Below, in pieces: positions 1 through 10,100 of a DNA stretch of 64,000 nucleotides. The translations under genes were made by a program, and so were the position numbers. The notes below the pieces were generated by a model. It did no database searches, had not been told where the DNA came from, and worked only from the letters and a program-made list of their open reading frames with translations. Within the stretch, counting starts at the first letter, position 1. The number at the start of each line of letters is the position of its first letter. The DNA is from a bacterium. Lineage in GTDB: Bacteria; Patescibacteriota; Minisyncoccia; Minisyncoccales; UBA10102. The stretch lies in NCBI GenBank assembly GCA_030647485.1, contig JAUSJT010000001.1, forward strand, positions 76,947 to 140,946. The letters are read 5' to 3'.

Positions 1-899
1 ATATCATCACTTCCCAGATTGAACACGAGTCAGTTCTTTCTTCGCTCGTGCTGTTAGAACAAGAAGGACTGGCGGAGGTAACCTATATCCCAGTTGATAA
101 GGAGGGTATTGTGCGGGTTGAGGATGTAAAAAACGCAGTGAAAGAAAACACAGTGCTTGTGTCTATTATGTATGCAAATAGTGAGATTGGGACTGTGCAG
201 CCAATTGCAGAAATTGGCGAGATGATTAGGGAACTAAAAACTAAAAACCAAAAACTAAAAATTGTTTTTCACACCGACGCGGTCCAGGCAGTTCAGTTTC
301 TTAGCTGCGATGCGCAAAAATTAAAAGTGAATCTTCTGACTATGAGTTCGCATAAAATCTACGGCCCTAAGGGAGCAGGGGCGCTGTATGTGAAAGACGG
401 AATATCCATTGCGCCCTTGATTTATGGAGGAGGCCAGGAACAAGGGATGCGGTCTGGCACCGAGAACGTTGCGGCAATCGTAGGAATGGGAGCAGCAGTA
501 CAGGAAGTGCAGAATCCCAAGTCCAAAATACAAGCTATTAAAATTCGCCAGTTGAGAGATCTGCTTATACGAGGCATACTGAAAAACGTGAAGGGAGTTG
601 AGCTTACAGGATCCAAAACGAGCAGACTGCCTAATAATGTGCATGTGCGGGTGCAAGGAGTAGAGGGTAGGGATATGGTTGTTTCTCTAGACCAGAAAGG
701 GATTGCGGTATCCAGCGGGTCTGCGTGTTCTGAAAAAAATCAGGAACCCTCCCACGTACTCTTGGCTCTTGGGTATTCTTTAGAGGAAGCATCTTGGGGA
801 GTGCGAATGACGCTGGGGAAAAACACCACCCAGGACGAAATTCAGAAGGTTATGAAGATGTTTATTCTTACAGTTGAACAACTGCGCAGAAGTTTGTAA
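1..899 (+). CDS. Cysteine desulfurase, NifS/IscS-type (5' end cut by window edge)
   Basis: Frame is open from nt 3 (IITSQIEHESV...). PLP-lysine motif SSHKIYGPKGAGALYV and catalytic-Cys loop SSGSACS are present. Stop at 897-899. Confidence 0.85.
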   Translation, partial: IITSQIEHESVLSSLVLLEQEGLAEVTYIPVDKEGIVRVEDVKNAVKENTVLVSIMYANSEIGTVQPIAEIGEMIRELKTKNQKLKIVFHTDAVQAVQFLSCDAQKLKVNLLTMSSHKIYGPKGAGALYVKDGISIAPLIYGGGQEQGMRSGTENVAAIVGMGAAVQEVQNPKSKIQAIKIRQLRDLLIRGILKNVKGVELTGSKTSRLPNNVHVRVQGVEGRDMVVSLDQKGIAVSSGSACSEKNQEPSHVLLALGYSLEEASWGVRMTLGKNTTQDEIQKVMKMFILTVEQLRRSL

Positions 900-908
900 A
901 ATATCGGT

Positions 909-2213
909 ATGGATACTTTTTCAAAAACAACGTCTTCTTTTCAGAAGTTTTTAAAGACCATTAAAAGAAAAGAGATGTCCTGGCTCCTGCCCGCAGTTGT
1001 GTGCATTTCTTTGGTTTCAGGTCTGGCAGGCGGAGTGGCGTTTGAATACCTCAAGGAGAATCTTGTGGGCATTGCCCCCAAGGTAAATATAGGGCAAGAA
1101 GGTGGAGTCAAAGAATATGTTCCCCAGACCACCCAGGAGCAAAAGATTATCGACGCTGTGAAACTGGTATTTCCTTCTGTAGTTAGTATTATTATCACCA
1201 AGGACGTCCCTATTATTGAGCAATACTTCACAAATCCTTTTGAAGAATTCTTTGGGCAGAGATCTCCGTTCCGGCTGCAGGTTCCCCAATACCGCCAGAA
1301 GGGAACAGAGAAAAAAGAAGTCGGAGGGGGATCTGGATTTATTGTCTCTGTAGACGGCTTTGTGGTGACGAACAAGCATGTGGTGTTAGACGAGGATGCA
1401 GACTATACTGTGTTTACCAACGACGGGAAATCGTATCCGGCGAAAGTACTTGCAAAAGATCCCCTGCAGGACTTGGCCATATTGAAAATAGACCAGGAGC
1501 AAATAGTTGATCAGTCAGGCGCATTCACGGCAAGGCCTTTTGTGCCAGTAAAGCTCGGGGATGCAGGTACGCTTCAAATAGGGCAGTCTGTCATTGCTAT
1601 TGGCAACGCCTTGGGAGAGTTTCGCAATACGGTTTCGGTGGGCGTCATCTCGGGCCTTGGAAGAACCATTACCGCTTCTGGGGGGGCGAATTTTGTGGAG
1701 ACCATAGAAGACGTTATCCAAACGGACGCTGCCATTAACAAGGGGAATTCGGGGGGTCCTTTGCTGAATCTCGCAGGAGAGGTGATTGGTATTAATACCG
1801 CAACGGTGTTAGACGCCCAAAACATTGGCTTTGCGGTTCCCATAAACAAGGTGAAGCGGGACATTGAGCAGGTACGGGCAGTAGGGAAGATTACGTATCC
1901 GTTCCTTGGAGTGCGCTATGCCCTTATCACTGATGCGGTTGCCAAAGATCGGAATTTGCCAGTTACCTATGGGGCTTTGATTGAGAAAGGAGACAGCGCT
2001 ACCCCCGCGGTGACGCCTGGGTCTGGCGCCCAGCAAGCTGGGATGCTCGAGGGAGACATTATCCTTGAATTTAACGGAGAGCGTGTTACTCCCGAGAATT
2101 CCTTGGCAAAGCTTATCCAAAAGTATAATCCCAAAGATACGGTGGTTGTAAAGATTCTTAGAGACGGGCAGGAGAAAATCCTGCAGGTAACCTTAGGCGA
2201 GCGGAGCGAATAA
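909..2213 (+). CDS. htrA: HtrA/DegP-family serine protease with C-terminal PDZ domain
   Basis: N-terminal TM helix. Triad contexts TNKHVV, DLAILKI and GNSGGPLLN. PDZ-like tail (GMLEGDIILEFNGERV). Confidence 0.85.
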   Translation: MDTFSKTTSSFQKFLKTIKRKEMSWLLPAVVCISLVSGLAGGVAFEYLKENLVGIAPKVNIGQEGGVKEYVPQTTQEQKIIDAVKLVFPSVVSIIITKDVPIIEQYFTNPFEEFFGQRSPFRLQVPQYRQKGTEKKEVGGGSGFIVSVDGFVVTNKHVVLDEDADYTVFTNDGKSYPAKVLAKDPLQDLAILKIDQEQIVDQSGAFTARPFVPVKLGDAGTLQIGQSVIAIGNALGEFRNTVSVGVISGLGRTITASGGANFVETIEDVIQTDAAINKGNSGGPLLNLAGEVIGINTATVLDAQNIGFAVPINKVKRDIEQVRAVGKITYPFLGVRYALITDAVAKDRNLPVTYGALIEKGDSATPAVTPGSGAQQAGMLEGDIILEFNGERVTPENSLAKLIQKYNPKDTVVVKILRDGQEKILQVTLGERSE

Positions 2214-2240
2214 GGGGTGCCTTGCCCCCTTTTCTTTTCC
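2212..2240 (+). terminator. Putative intrinsic terminator after htrA
   Basis: aaGGGGtgccttgCCCCCtt hairpin followed by a T-rich run (ttttcttttccctgttttt). Confidence 0.5.
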
Positions 2241-2264
2241 CTGTTTTTATGCTAGATTAAAGCC

Positions 2265-4973
2265 ATGAACGGAGGAGGAAATTTTACGCATAAAGCGCAA
2301 GAAGCCCTGTTTCAGGCGCAGAATAGCGCGCAGGAAAGAGGGCAGCAGCAAGTAGATGCCCTGCATCTCTTGTACGCTTTGCTTTCCCAAGAAGACAGTG
2401 TGGTTTTAACATTGCTCCAGAAAATAGGGGCAGATGTGGAAGGGTTAAGAAAGAAGGTAGAAATACATTTAGAAAAGCTCCCGGTAGTTGCCGCACCCAA
2501 TCCCCTTGGCCAGTTCTATCTTACCCAAGACCTTGCAAAGACCTTGGAAAGGGCTCGCCAGGAAGCAGGGAAAATGGGAGACGAGTATGTGTCAGTAGAA
2601 CACTTGTTCCTTGCTCTGCTTGATAGCCCTTCTGCGGCAAAAGAATTACTGGACCACACATCTTTTATAAACACGGGAAGCACGGACACGGAATTAGAGT
2701 TCAAAAAGCTGGATTATGAGACGGCGTTAAAGGTGCTAGCGCAAATAAGGGGAGGAGTCCGTATTACCGACCCAACCCCAGAGTCAAAATACCAGGTGGT
2801 GGAAAAATACGCCCGCAACCTTACAAGATTGGCTCGCCAGGGAAAGCTTGATCCGGTTATAGGAAGGGAGAACGAGATTCGGAGATTAATGCAGGTGCTG
2901 ACACGGAGAACCAAAAATAACCCCGTGCTTATAGGCGAAGCAGGGGTCGGGAAAACAGCAGTGGTGGAAGGACTGGCCCAGAAAATAGTGAAGGGAGACG
3001 TGCCAGAGAGCTTAAAAGATAAAGAACTTATTGCCTTGGATTTAGGTTCCCTGGTTGCAGGCACCAAGTACAGGGGGGAGTTTGAAGACAGGGTGAAGGC
3101 GTTGCTCAAAGAAATGGAGAGAGCTGCGGGAAAGTATGTTCTCTTCATAGACGAGCTCCACACTTTAGTGGGAGCCGGAGCCGCAGAAGGAGCGATTGAC
3201 GCCTCCAATCTTTTAAAGCCTGCACTTGCAAGAGGCGAATTGCGTGCCATTGGAGCCACCACACTGAAAGAGTATCAAAAGTATATTGAAAAGGATCCGG
3301 CCTTAGAGCGCCGCTTCCAGCCCATTCTTGTCGTAGAGCCTTCTATTGAAGACACGGTTTCCATTTTGCGCGGCATTAAAGAAAAGTACGAGTTGCATCA
3401 TGGGGTGAAGGTAAAAGATTCTGCCCTGGTTGCCGCGGCAAACTTAGCTGCCAGATATATTTCAGATAGGTTCTTGCCAGACAAGGCAGTGGACCTTATG
3501 GACGAAGCCATGAGCGCTTTGCGCTTGGATATGGAATCGCAACCCGCCGAGCTGGATTCTTTAAAGCGCGAGATTCAGAAGCTGGAAATTGAAAAGGAGG
3601 CGTTAAAGTCAGAAAAGAGCCAGGAGAAAAAGGTGAAAGGCATAACTCGTTCTTTAGCCGACCTTCAAGAAAAAGCAAAAGGCATTGAGGCAAAGTGGAA
3701 GTCAGAGAAGGACGTTATTATGAAAATAAAGGACTTTAAAAAAGAGCTGGAAGAGGCGAGATTCCAGGTGGAGCGAGAACAATCAAAGGCAAATCTCCAA
3801 AAGTTAGCCGAGTTAAAGTACGGCACCATTCCAGATCTCTTAAAACAATTGCGAGCAGAAGAAAAGAAGCTGGCGCGATTCCAGAAATCCAACCCAATAC
3901 TCAAAGAGGAGGTCACAGAAGAAGATGTTGCAAACGTGGTGTCGCGCTGGACCGGTATTCCTGTCATGCGCTTAATGGAAGAAGAGGCACAGAAATTAGA
4001 GAAAATGGAAGATGCCTTGAGAAAGAGGGTTATTGGACAGGAAGAGGCGCTTTTGGCAATATCCAACGCAATACGGAGAAATCGGGCAGGGCTTTCAGAA
4101 GAGAATAGGCCGTTGGGGTCGTTCTTGTTCTTGGGTCCTACCGGAGTGGGGAAAACAGAAACCGCCAAAGCGTTGGCCGAATTCTTGTTTAATGATCAGA
4201 ACGCGCTCATACGTCTTGATATGTCAGAGTATATGGAAAAGCACACCACGTCCCGCATGTTGGGTTCGCCCCCAGGATATGTGGGGTATGAAGAGGGAGG
4301 TCAGCTGACCGAGCAAATTAGAAGGCGCCCGTACAGCGTTATCCTGTTTGATGAGATTGAAAAGGCGCATCCCGAAGTGTTCAACGTGCTCTTGCAGATT
4401 ATGGAAGACGGAAGATTAACTGATGCCAAAGGAAGGGTTGCCTCGTTCAAAAACGCCATTGTGATCATGACTTCTAATGTGGGGTCTCAGTTCATTGCGG
4501 AAATGAATCCCTTGGGATTCTTGGCAGAACGCAAAGAAGACAAGAAGGCCGCGGTGCAAGACAAGGTTATGTCTGCCTTAAAAGAAGAGTTTCGCCCCGA
4601 GTTTTTAAACAGGATAGATGAAATAATCATCTTTAACTATCTTGCGAAAGAAGAAATCAAAAAGATTGTGGAATTAGAACTCGCAAAAGTTGCAGAACGC
4701 CTTGGTAAGAAAGGCATTGCTATCGCCGTTGCAGAAAAAGCGAAAGAGCTTCTTGTAGAGCAGGGCTTTGACCCAAATCTTGGAGCCCGTCCTCTGCGAA
4801 GGGTGATACAGCGAAAAGTTCTAGATCCCTTGTCTCTAAAAATAGTTGCAGGGGAAGTAAAGCTGGGAGAAAAAGTATCTATTGATGTTAAAGACGGCGA
4901 GATCTCTATCGCAGGTTCGTTGAGGCCTTTGCGCATGCCAGAGAAGATTCTCGCCAAAAGCGCAGCGAAATGA
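2265..4973 (+). CDS. clpB: ClpB disaggregase (two AAA+ modules plus coiled-coil middle domain)
   Basis: 902 aa. Walker A motifs GEAGVGKT and GPTGVGKT, a long charged coiled-coil between the modules, and an N-terminal Clp repeat region. Confidence 0.95.
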   Translation: MNGGGNFTHKAQEALFQAQNSAQERGQQQVDALHLLYALLSQEDSVVLTLLQKIGADVEGLRKKVEIHLEKLPVVAAPNPLGQFYLTQDLAKTLERARQEAGKMGDEYVSVEHLFLALLDSPSAAKELLDHTSFINTGSTDTELEFKKLDYETALKVLAQIRGGVRITDPTPESKYQVVEKYARNLTRLARQGKLDPVIGRENEIRRLMQVLTRRTKNNPVLIGEAGVGKTAVVEGLAQKIVKGDVPESLKDKELIALDLGSLVAGTKYRGEFEDRVKALLKEMERAAGKYVLFIDELHTLVGAGAAEGAIDASNLLKPALARGELRAIGATTLKEYQKYIEKDPALERRFQPILVVEPSIEDTVSILRGIKEKYELHHGVKVKDSALVAAANLAARYISDRFLPDKAVDLMDEAMSALRLDMESQPAELDSLKREIQKLEIEKEALKSEKSQEKKVKGITRSLADLQEKAKGIEAKWKSEKDVIMKIKDFKKELEEARFQVEREQSKANLQKLAELKYGTIPDLLKQLRAEEKKLARFQKSNPILKEEVTEEDVANVVSRWTGIPVMRLMEEEAQKLEKMEDALRKRVIGQEEALLAISNAIRRNRAGLSEENRPLGSFLFLGPTGVGKTETAKALAEFLFNDQNALIRLDMSEYMEKHTTSRMLGSPPGYVGYEEGGQLTEQIRRRPYSVILFDEIEKAHPEVFNVLLQIMEDGRLTDAKGRVASFKNAIVIMTSNVGSQFIAEMNPLGFLAERKEDKKAAVQDKVMSALKEEFRPEFLNRIDEIIIFNYLAKEEIKKIVELELAKVAERLGKKGIAIAVAEKAKELLVEQGFDPNLGARPLRRVIQRKVLDPLSLKIVAGEVKLGEKVSIDVKDGEISIAGSLRPLRMPEKILAKSAAK

Positions 4974-4997
4974 ATTGCATTAATATACAATTCAAAC

Positions 4998-5045
4998 GCT
5001 GCTGGAACGTTGAAATTTTATGAGAAATTTCTTACGTTCCGCAGC
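4998..5045 (+). terminator. Long nested hairpin after clpB (terminator-like, no U-tract)
   Basis: GCTGCtGGAACGTtGAAATTTtatgagAAATTTCttACGTTCCgCAGC, an almost perfect 48-nt extended stem-loop 25 nt after the clpB stop. Confidence 0.45.
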
Positions 5046-5055
5046 GAAATAATTC

Positions 5056-5787
5056 ATGATACGGACCATTCTCTTTTTTCTTGTGCCTTTTTGCTTAGGC
5101 GTGCTGGGAGGAATTTGGGCGCAGGCTTTCTTGCTGCCAGGATTGGCTTCCAACCCTGCGTTCCAAAACCTCCAATTTATCAAAGACTGGAACGCGAAAA
5201 TTCAGGTTGTATCTCCGGTGCAAGAGATAGTCATTCGGGAAAACGAAGGACTAGAGCGCCTTGTGAAACGCTTAGATAAGGTGGTGGCAGGACTAGAAAG
5301 CGTTTCAGGGAGTACTGTTATACGTGGGAGCGCGTTTGTATACACTTCAGACGGCTTGGCTGTTGTGCTTTCTACATCGGTTCCCCAAGGGTTCCAGACG
5401 AAGCTGTATATTTCAGGCAGCGAGCTGCCCATGGAAGCTAAAGTTCTTAAACGCGATACGAAGAACAATCTTGTTTTGCTCAAGATAGAAAGCACTGGCT
5501 TGGAAACAGCAGGCGTTAGCGAAGAGAGCGCGCTTTCCGTTGGGGAACGTGCCATACTGGTTGGCAAAACATTTGAAAAAGACGGGATTATTCCTTTCGT
5601 AAACCAGGGAGTAGTGCAGGGTTTGTACGCAGACAGGATCCAAACCAATATCAGAGAGTTGTTAAGCGTTCAGGGAAGCCCTGTGTTTGATATTGAGGGC
5701 AAACTTTTAGGCCTAGCCCTTTTAGATCAAAACAACAAGGTAAAGACCATTCCCGTATCCGTCCTGCGTTCCTTCCTCGGTTTATAA
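5056..5787 (+). CDS. Membrane-anchored trypsin-like (S1C-like) domain protein, probably catalytically inactive
   Basis: N-terminal TM helix. C-terminal GSPVFDIEGKLLGLA resembles the Ser-loop of HtrA proteases. The 243-aa product contains no histidine at all. Confidence 0.6.
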   Translation: MIRTILFFLVPFCLGVLGGIWAQAFLLPGLASNPAFQNLQFIKDWNAKIQVVSPVQEIVIRENEGLERLVKRLDKVVAGLESVSGSTVIRGSAFVYTSDGLAVVLSTSVPQGFQTKLYISGSELPMEAKVLKRDTKNNLVLLKIESTGLETAGVSEESALSVGERAILVGKTFEKDGIIPFVNQGVVQGLYADRIQTNIRELLSVQGSPVFDIEGKLLGLALLDQNNKVKTIPVSVLRSFLGL

Positions 5788-5820
5788 TGTTAGCCGCCTT
5801 TTACCGAGAGGAATTCGTTT

Positions 5821-5849
5821 TACATAAATTTGGACGATCGTCCAGATTT
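5821..5849. promoter_or_regulatory. Promoter-operator copy 1 with palindrome TGGACGATCGTCCA
   Basis: tacataaatTTGGACGATCGTCCAGATTT. Perfect 14-bp palindrome at 5831-5844, TTGGAC -35-like at 5830-5835, TATAAT at 5851-5856 (15-nt spacer). Confidence 0.55.
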
Positions 5850-6405
5850 ATATAATACTAAGATTGTGATATCACCAACAAAACAAAAAATTCTTTTGCT
5901 CTTACTCGCTGGAGTTGCTTTTGGTTTTGCTTATACGTTAGGACGACAGAGAAAAATTTTGAAGGAACTTGGAAGAGAGTGGCAAAAAATTGATGAGAAA
6001 AAGATCAAAGACGAGATTCGTCAACTCTATCAATCCAGAATGATCCAAAGAAAAGAAAACTCCGATGGTTCTGAAACACTCCTTCTTACGAAAAAAGGGA
6101 AATTAAAGGCGCTTACGTTCCACTTTGAGCATCTGAAAATTAAAAAAGAAAACTGGGATGGCAAATGGCGGTTGGTTATTTTTGATATTCCAGAAAAGAT
6201 ACGAGCAGGACGCAACGCGTTGAGAAGAAAATTGCGAGACCTTGGATTTTATGAACTCCAGAAAAGCGCATTAATCTTTCCTTATGCTTGTGAGAAAGAG
6301 CTCAAATTTATTATAGAATTTTTTGGAATGCGCAGATTTGTTCGGGTTTGCATCGTACAAAGTATTGACAACGAACCTCACTTGAAACGCGTGTTTGGCT
6401 TGTGA
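5830..6405 (+). CDS. PaaX-like transcriptional regulator (wHTH plus Cas2-like/PaaX C-terminal fold)
   Basis: WDGKWRLVIFDIPEKIRAGRNALRRKLRDLGFYELQKSALIFPY matches the PaaX-family core. The TTG start at 5830 lies inside the operator, so GTG 5866 is the more likely start. Confidence 0.65.
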   Translation: MDDRPDLYNTKIVISPTKQKILLLLLAGVAFGFAYTLGRQRKILKELGREWQKIDEKKIKDEIRQLYQSRMIQRKENSDGSETLLLTKKGKLKALTFHFEHLKIKKENWDGKWRLVIFDIPEKIRAGRNALRRKLRDLGFYELQKSALIFPYACEKELKFIIEFFGMRRFVRVCIVQSIDNEPHLKRVFGL

Positions 6406-6416
6406 TAATCAGCTTA

Positions 6417-6445
6417 TACATAAAATTGGACGATCGTCCAGATTT
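6417..6445. promoter_or_regulatory. Promoter-operator copy 2 with palindrome TGGACGATCGTCCA
   Basis: tacataaaaTTGGACGATCGTCCAGATTT, 28/29 identical to 5821-5849. Palindrome at 6427-6440. TGTAAA follows 15 nt after TTGGAC. Confidence 0.55.
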
Positions 6446-6532
6446 GTGTAAAGTGGGTAGAAGATGAGTTTTCCACAGGGTTTGCATAAAAATGGCATTG
6501 TAGAGGGAGTATGAGGAGGGGTATAATAAGGG

Positions 6533-7183
6533 ATGAATAAAAAACTAATCATTGCGGGAGTTGTCCTTCTTCTCATTATTGGGGGAGGGCTCTTTTTATT
6601 GTTAGGCGGTACAGCAACTAAGTCTCGCTTAGGAGAATCTGGATCTGATACTATTCCTACCCAATGGAGCCAGGCAGGGGATTATGAAATTAAAGAAGTC
6701 GCCGGCCAGCAAACAGTCGTCACCAACTCAAAAGCCGGATTTAGTTTTAAGGTCCCAGAGGGGTGGAGTGCAGGAACTCAGTATTTTAGTGAAGAAGAGT
6801 TTACGCTGGAGTTTCTTAGTCCCGACGCGGTAAAACGCGAAGGGAACCCTCCCCTGAATAAGGGTTGTGGCATTGGTTTGACTACCTTCTTCCGTGAAGA
6901 TCTTTGGGAGTCTTGGAATAATGATGTATTAAGAGTGCAGCAAAATCCAGGGGGAGGTCGGGAGGGAGAAAAGATAATTAAAGTAGGTGGAAAATCTGCC
7001 CTTTGGGATGCATTAAATGCACATGATCTCGCCGCTATTGAAATACTTGGGGAGATCATCCGAGTTAATGTTCCAATTTCTAACAACGGTGTAATCGAAT
7101 TGGGCATAACCATGATGCCCGATCGTCAGTCTAACTGTAAAGCAGAGTTTAATACTTTTCTCTCAAGCTTTTCCATCGATTAA
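6533..7183 (+). CDS. Hypothetical membrane-anchored/secreted protein
   Basis: 216-aa ORF with an N-terminal hydrophobic helix (LIIAGVVLLLIIGGGLFLLLGG). I recognise no motif. Confidence 0.6.
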   Translation: MNKKLIIAGVVLLLIIGGGLFLLLGGTATKSRLGESGSDTIPTQWSQAGDYEIKEVAGQQTVVTNSKAGFSFKVPEGWSAGTQYFSEEEFTLEFLSPDAVKREGNPPLNKGCGIGLTTFFREDLWESWNNDVLRVQQNPGGGREGEKIIKVGGKSALWDALNAHDLAAIEILGEIIRVNVPISNNGVIELGITMMPDRQSNCKAEFNTFLSSFSID

Positions 7184-7199
7184 CTGAATTCTTCTTCTA

Positions 7200-10100
7200 A
7201 TGATAGGGAGAATTTGTGTCACTCGTTTTAAAATAGGGCAAAGTTCAATGCTGCATCGCACCATACTTTGCGTCTTTTTAATTTTTGGTTTCGTATTACC
7301 AAGTTTAGTCTTTGCTCAAAGCGAAAATGATTTTTTGCTTTCCGAAAAAGATACAAAACTTATCGTTAACGAAATTCAGAAAGAACTTTCTAGGATTGGA
7401 GGTACGATAGATATCTTAAAGTATTCATCTCAACAACAAGCAGCACTGACGCTTTTGAGAAGTTCCGCGAGAGATATCGTACTAAGATTTTTACCTGCGT
7501 TTGTAGCTACTGAAACGATTAAAGTCGTTTTTAATCTAGTATCTTCTTTAGAGAAAGTTTCCGAAGTAACCATCAAAGAGATTCTGGATGAGATAGAAAA
7601 ACAAACAGTAGAAAAAGCAGTAGCAATTGGTAACGCTTGGCTTTTTCAGAATGAGATAAAAACTGGGAGCGGTACTATAAAGCACCCAAAGTCGGGAGGG
7701 AATTTTCAGTATGTGCTTATTTATAAATCTACGGCAGAAAGCAAGGCAGATATAATTTTTGAGTTCTACTCTCCAGAGCAAGTTGATTCGCCATCGTTTC
7801 AAGGATCCATGGGAACCTTCAGTGGTTCTTTAGGAGATTCTGCATATATAGGTAAAGTCAATCCATTCGTTATTCATATCGAAACAAAGGTAGAAAAAAT
7901 TGGTTTAGGTTGGGTAGTTGACTCTTCTGCCGATACAAAAATCACTGTAGAATTTCCAGACAAGGTGCCGGTGCTACAGTTAGCAAAAGAATTACCATAT
8001 CCCCTAGAGGAGCAGAAGATAAAACTATTGAATTATTGGAATACCGCAAAAAACATTCTAGAGTACTTGCGTTCTTTGGGAAGCGAAGCTATCGGAAAGA
8101 CCGCAGACTTTGTCTATAAAGCCCAGGAAGTTGTAAAGAGTCTTATCACCAATACATCCCAATTGTTTAGCAAAGCCGGTGCCGGTTTGGTAGACCCATT
8201 CTCAAAAGAGTCACAACAGATTGATTTTATTGAAGCTCAACTTAACCAGGTTAAGGATGTCTTAGACGCAAAAGAGAATGAAGTAAAACTTAGCTTAGCT
8301 AAGGATGCTAAGGATGAAGCTAGCCCTGTGGAAAACTTAATTCCATTAAGTTTCCCACAGGAACAGCCAATTCTGAGTCCGGTTGAGAGTAATATTGAGG
8401 AGGATGAGTTAAAACTTAATGAGATTAAGGATGAGGTTAGGGAAGAGCCGATACCACAAGTCGTTGTTCCAGAGCTCAATCAAAAACTTAATGAGATTAA
8501 GGATAAAGTAAAACTTAGTCCGACTAAGTTTTGCGCCATTGATCCTACGCGAGGTCCTGCCCTAAGCAGTGTAATACTTTATGAAATTGCGTGGATGGGA
8601 AGCGCCAATTCTGCGAACGACGAATACATAAAACTTAAAAATATCTCAAACAGCGCAGTAAATCTTGAGGGATGGCAGTTACAAGACAAGGATAATCAAA
8701 TTCAAATTGTCTTTGAAAAAGAGCACGGCATATTATTCCAAGAGATTTTTGTTTTGGAGAGAACTAATGATGATTCGTTGCCTGGCACCCAAGCTCATAT
8801 TATCTATGTAGGCGCATTGAATAATACGGATGAAGCTTTGTATCTCTTTGATGAAAAATGCGTTTTGCGAGACAAGGTTGTCGCCGATCCAAACTGGATT
8901 GCAGGAGATAGCAGCGCGCGCAAACCCATGGAACGAGGCAATGATCTAGGTTGGCATACTCTTGGGAGCCAAAATAATACGCTCCAAACTATGAGCAATT
9001 CAGGACCTGCTATTTCAGGTTCTCCTCCATTGGCGCCCGTAGCGCCAAAGACATACCCAAAGATTCTTATCTCTGAAGTTCAGATTGAGGGAGACGGCGC
9101 AAAGGACGAATTCGTCGAGTTATTCAATCCAAATAATGAGAGTGTGGACTTGAGCGGCTGGAAGCTGATGAGGAAAACCTCTGGAGGGTCGGATGCGTAC
9201 TTGGTAAGCTCCTCTGGATTTTCTGGAACCGTTGGAGCTTACAAATATTTCCTCATTGTGCCCCAGCTCAATGATGACGGCACTGCAAACTATAAGGGAA
9301 GCGCCGTTTCTGATCTCTATTATTCTGGCAAAACCTATTCGGTAGCTGCTGACAATACGGTTTTTCTGTACAATCCAAATGGACAAGAGGTTGATAGGGT
9401 TGGGTTTGGAACGTCATCATATGCCGAAGGCACTGCGCCAGCAAATCCTTCCTCAGGCAGTTCTCTTTCAAGAAAGTATGAGAATAGCGCGTATCAGGAT
9501 ACCGATAATAATGCGCAGGATTTTCAGGTGCAGGGCCCAAGCCCAAAAGCAGTGAATCCTGCGCCAACGCCTCCTCCGCCGCCTCCTCCACCGCCCCCTG
9601 CTCAAGACACTACTCCGCCCCAAGCAACATTGCAGAGCCTTGCTTCTTCTCAAAGCGATGTCTCTCTTTCTCTTTCCTGGACAGCAGCTGATCCTGTGGG
9701 AGATGTTTCTCCTAGTGGTCTACAATATATCTATGTTGAATATAGTGTAGCCCCAAGCGTAACTGGGAGTTTTGCCCAGTATAACAACAATGGAGTGTGG
9801 ACAAACTGGCAGATAGGTTCTGCTGGGAAATTGACTTTAAGTCCGCAAACCACAAGTCTTAGTCTCCGCACCCAAGACGGCGTGTCATATACGTTTCAGG
9901 TTACAGCAAAAGATGTTGCGGGGAACACCAGTACGACATCCAGTGCCGCCACAGCCGTGACTCTTCTGAAAACTGTGGTTATAAACGAAGTTGCGTGGAT
10001 GGGTACCAAGGCAAGCAGTTCGGACGAATGGGTGGAACTTTACAATGCCAGCGACGAGGAAATCGATTTGAGCGAATGGTCAATATATGGAGCAGATAGC

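Noticed and set aside
9560-9600. Poly-Pro and (TP)n / TTPTT tracts as hypervariable tandem repeats or contingency loci. Other tracts are at 15985-16050, 26150-26300 and 36330-36430.
   Set aside because: They are in frame and sit exactly between folded domains, and so behave as extended linkers. Length variation is possible, but nothing in the sequence indicates phase-variable frameshifting.
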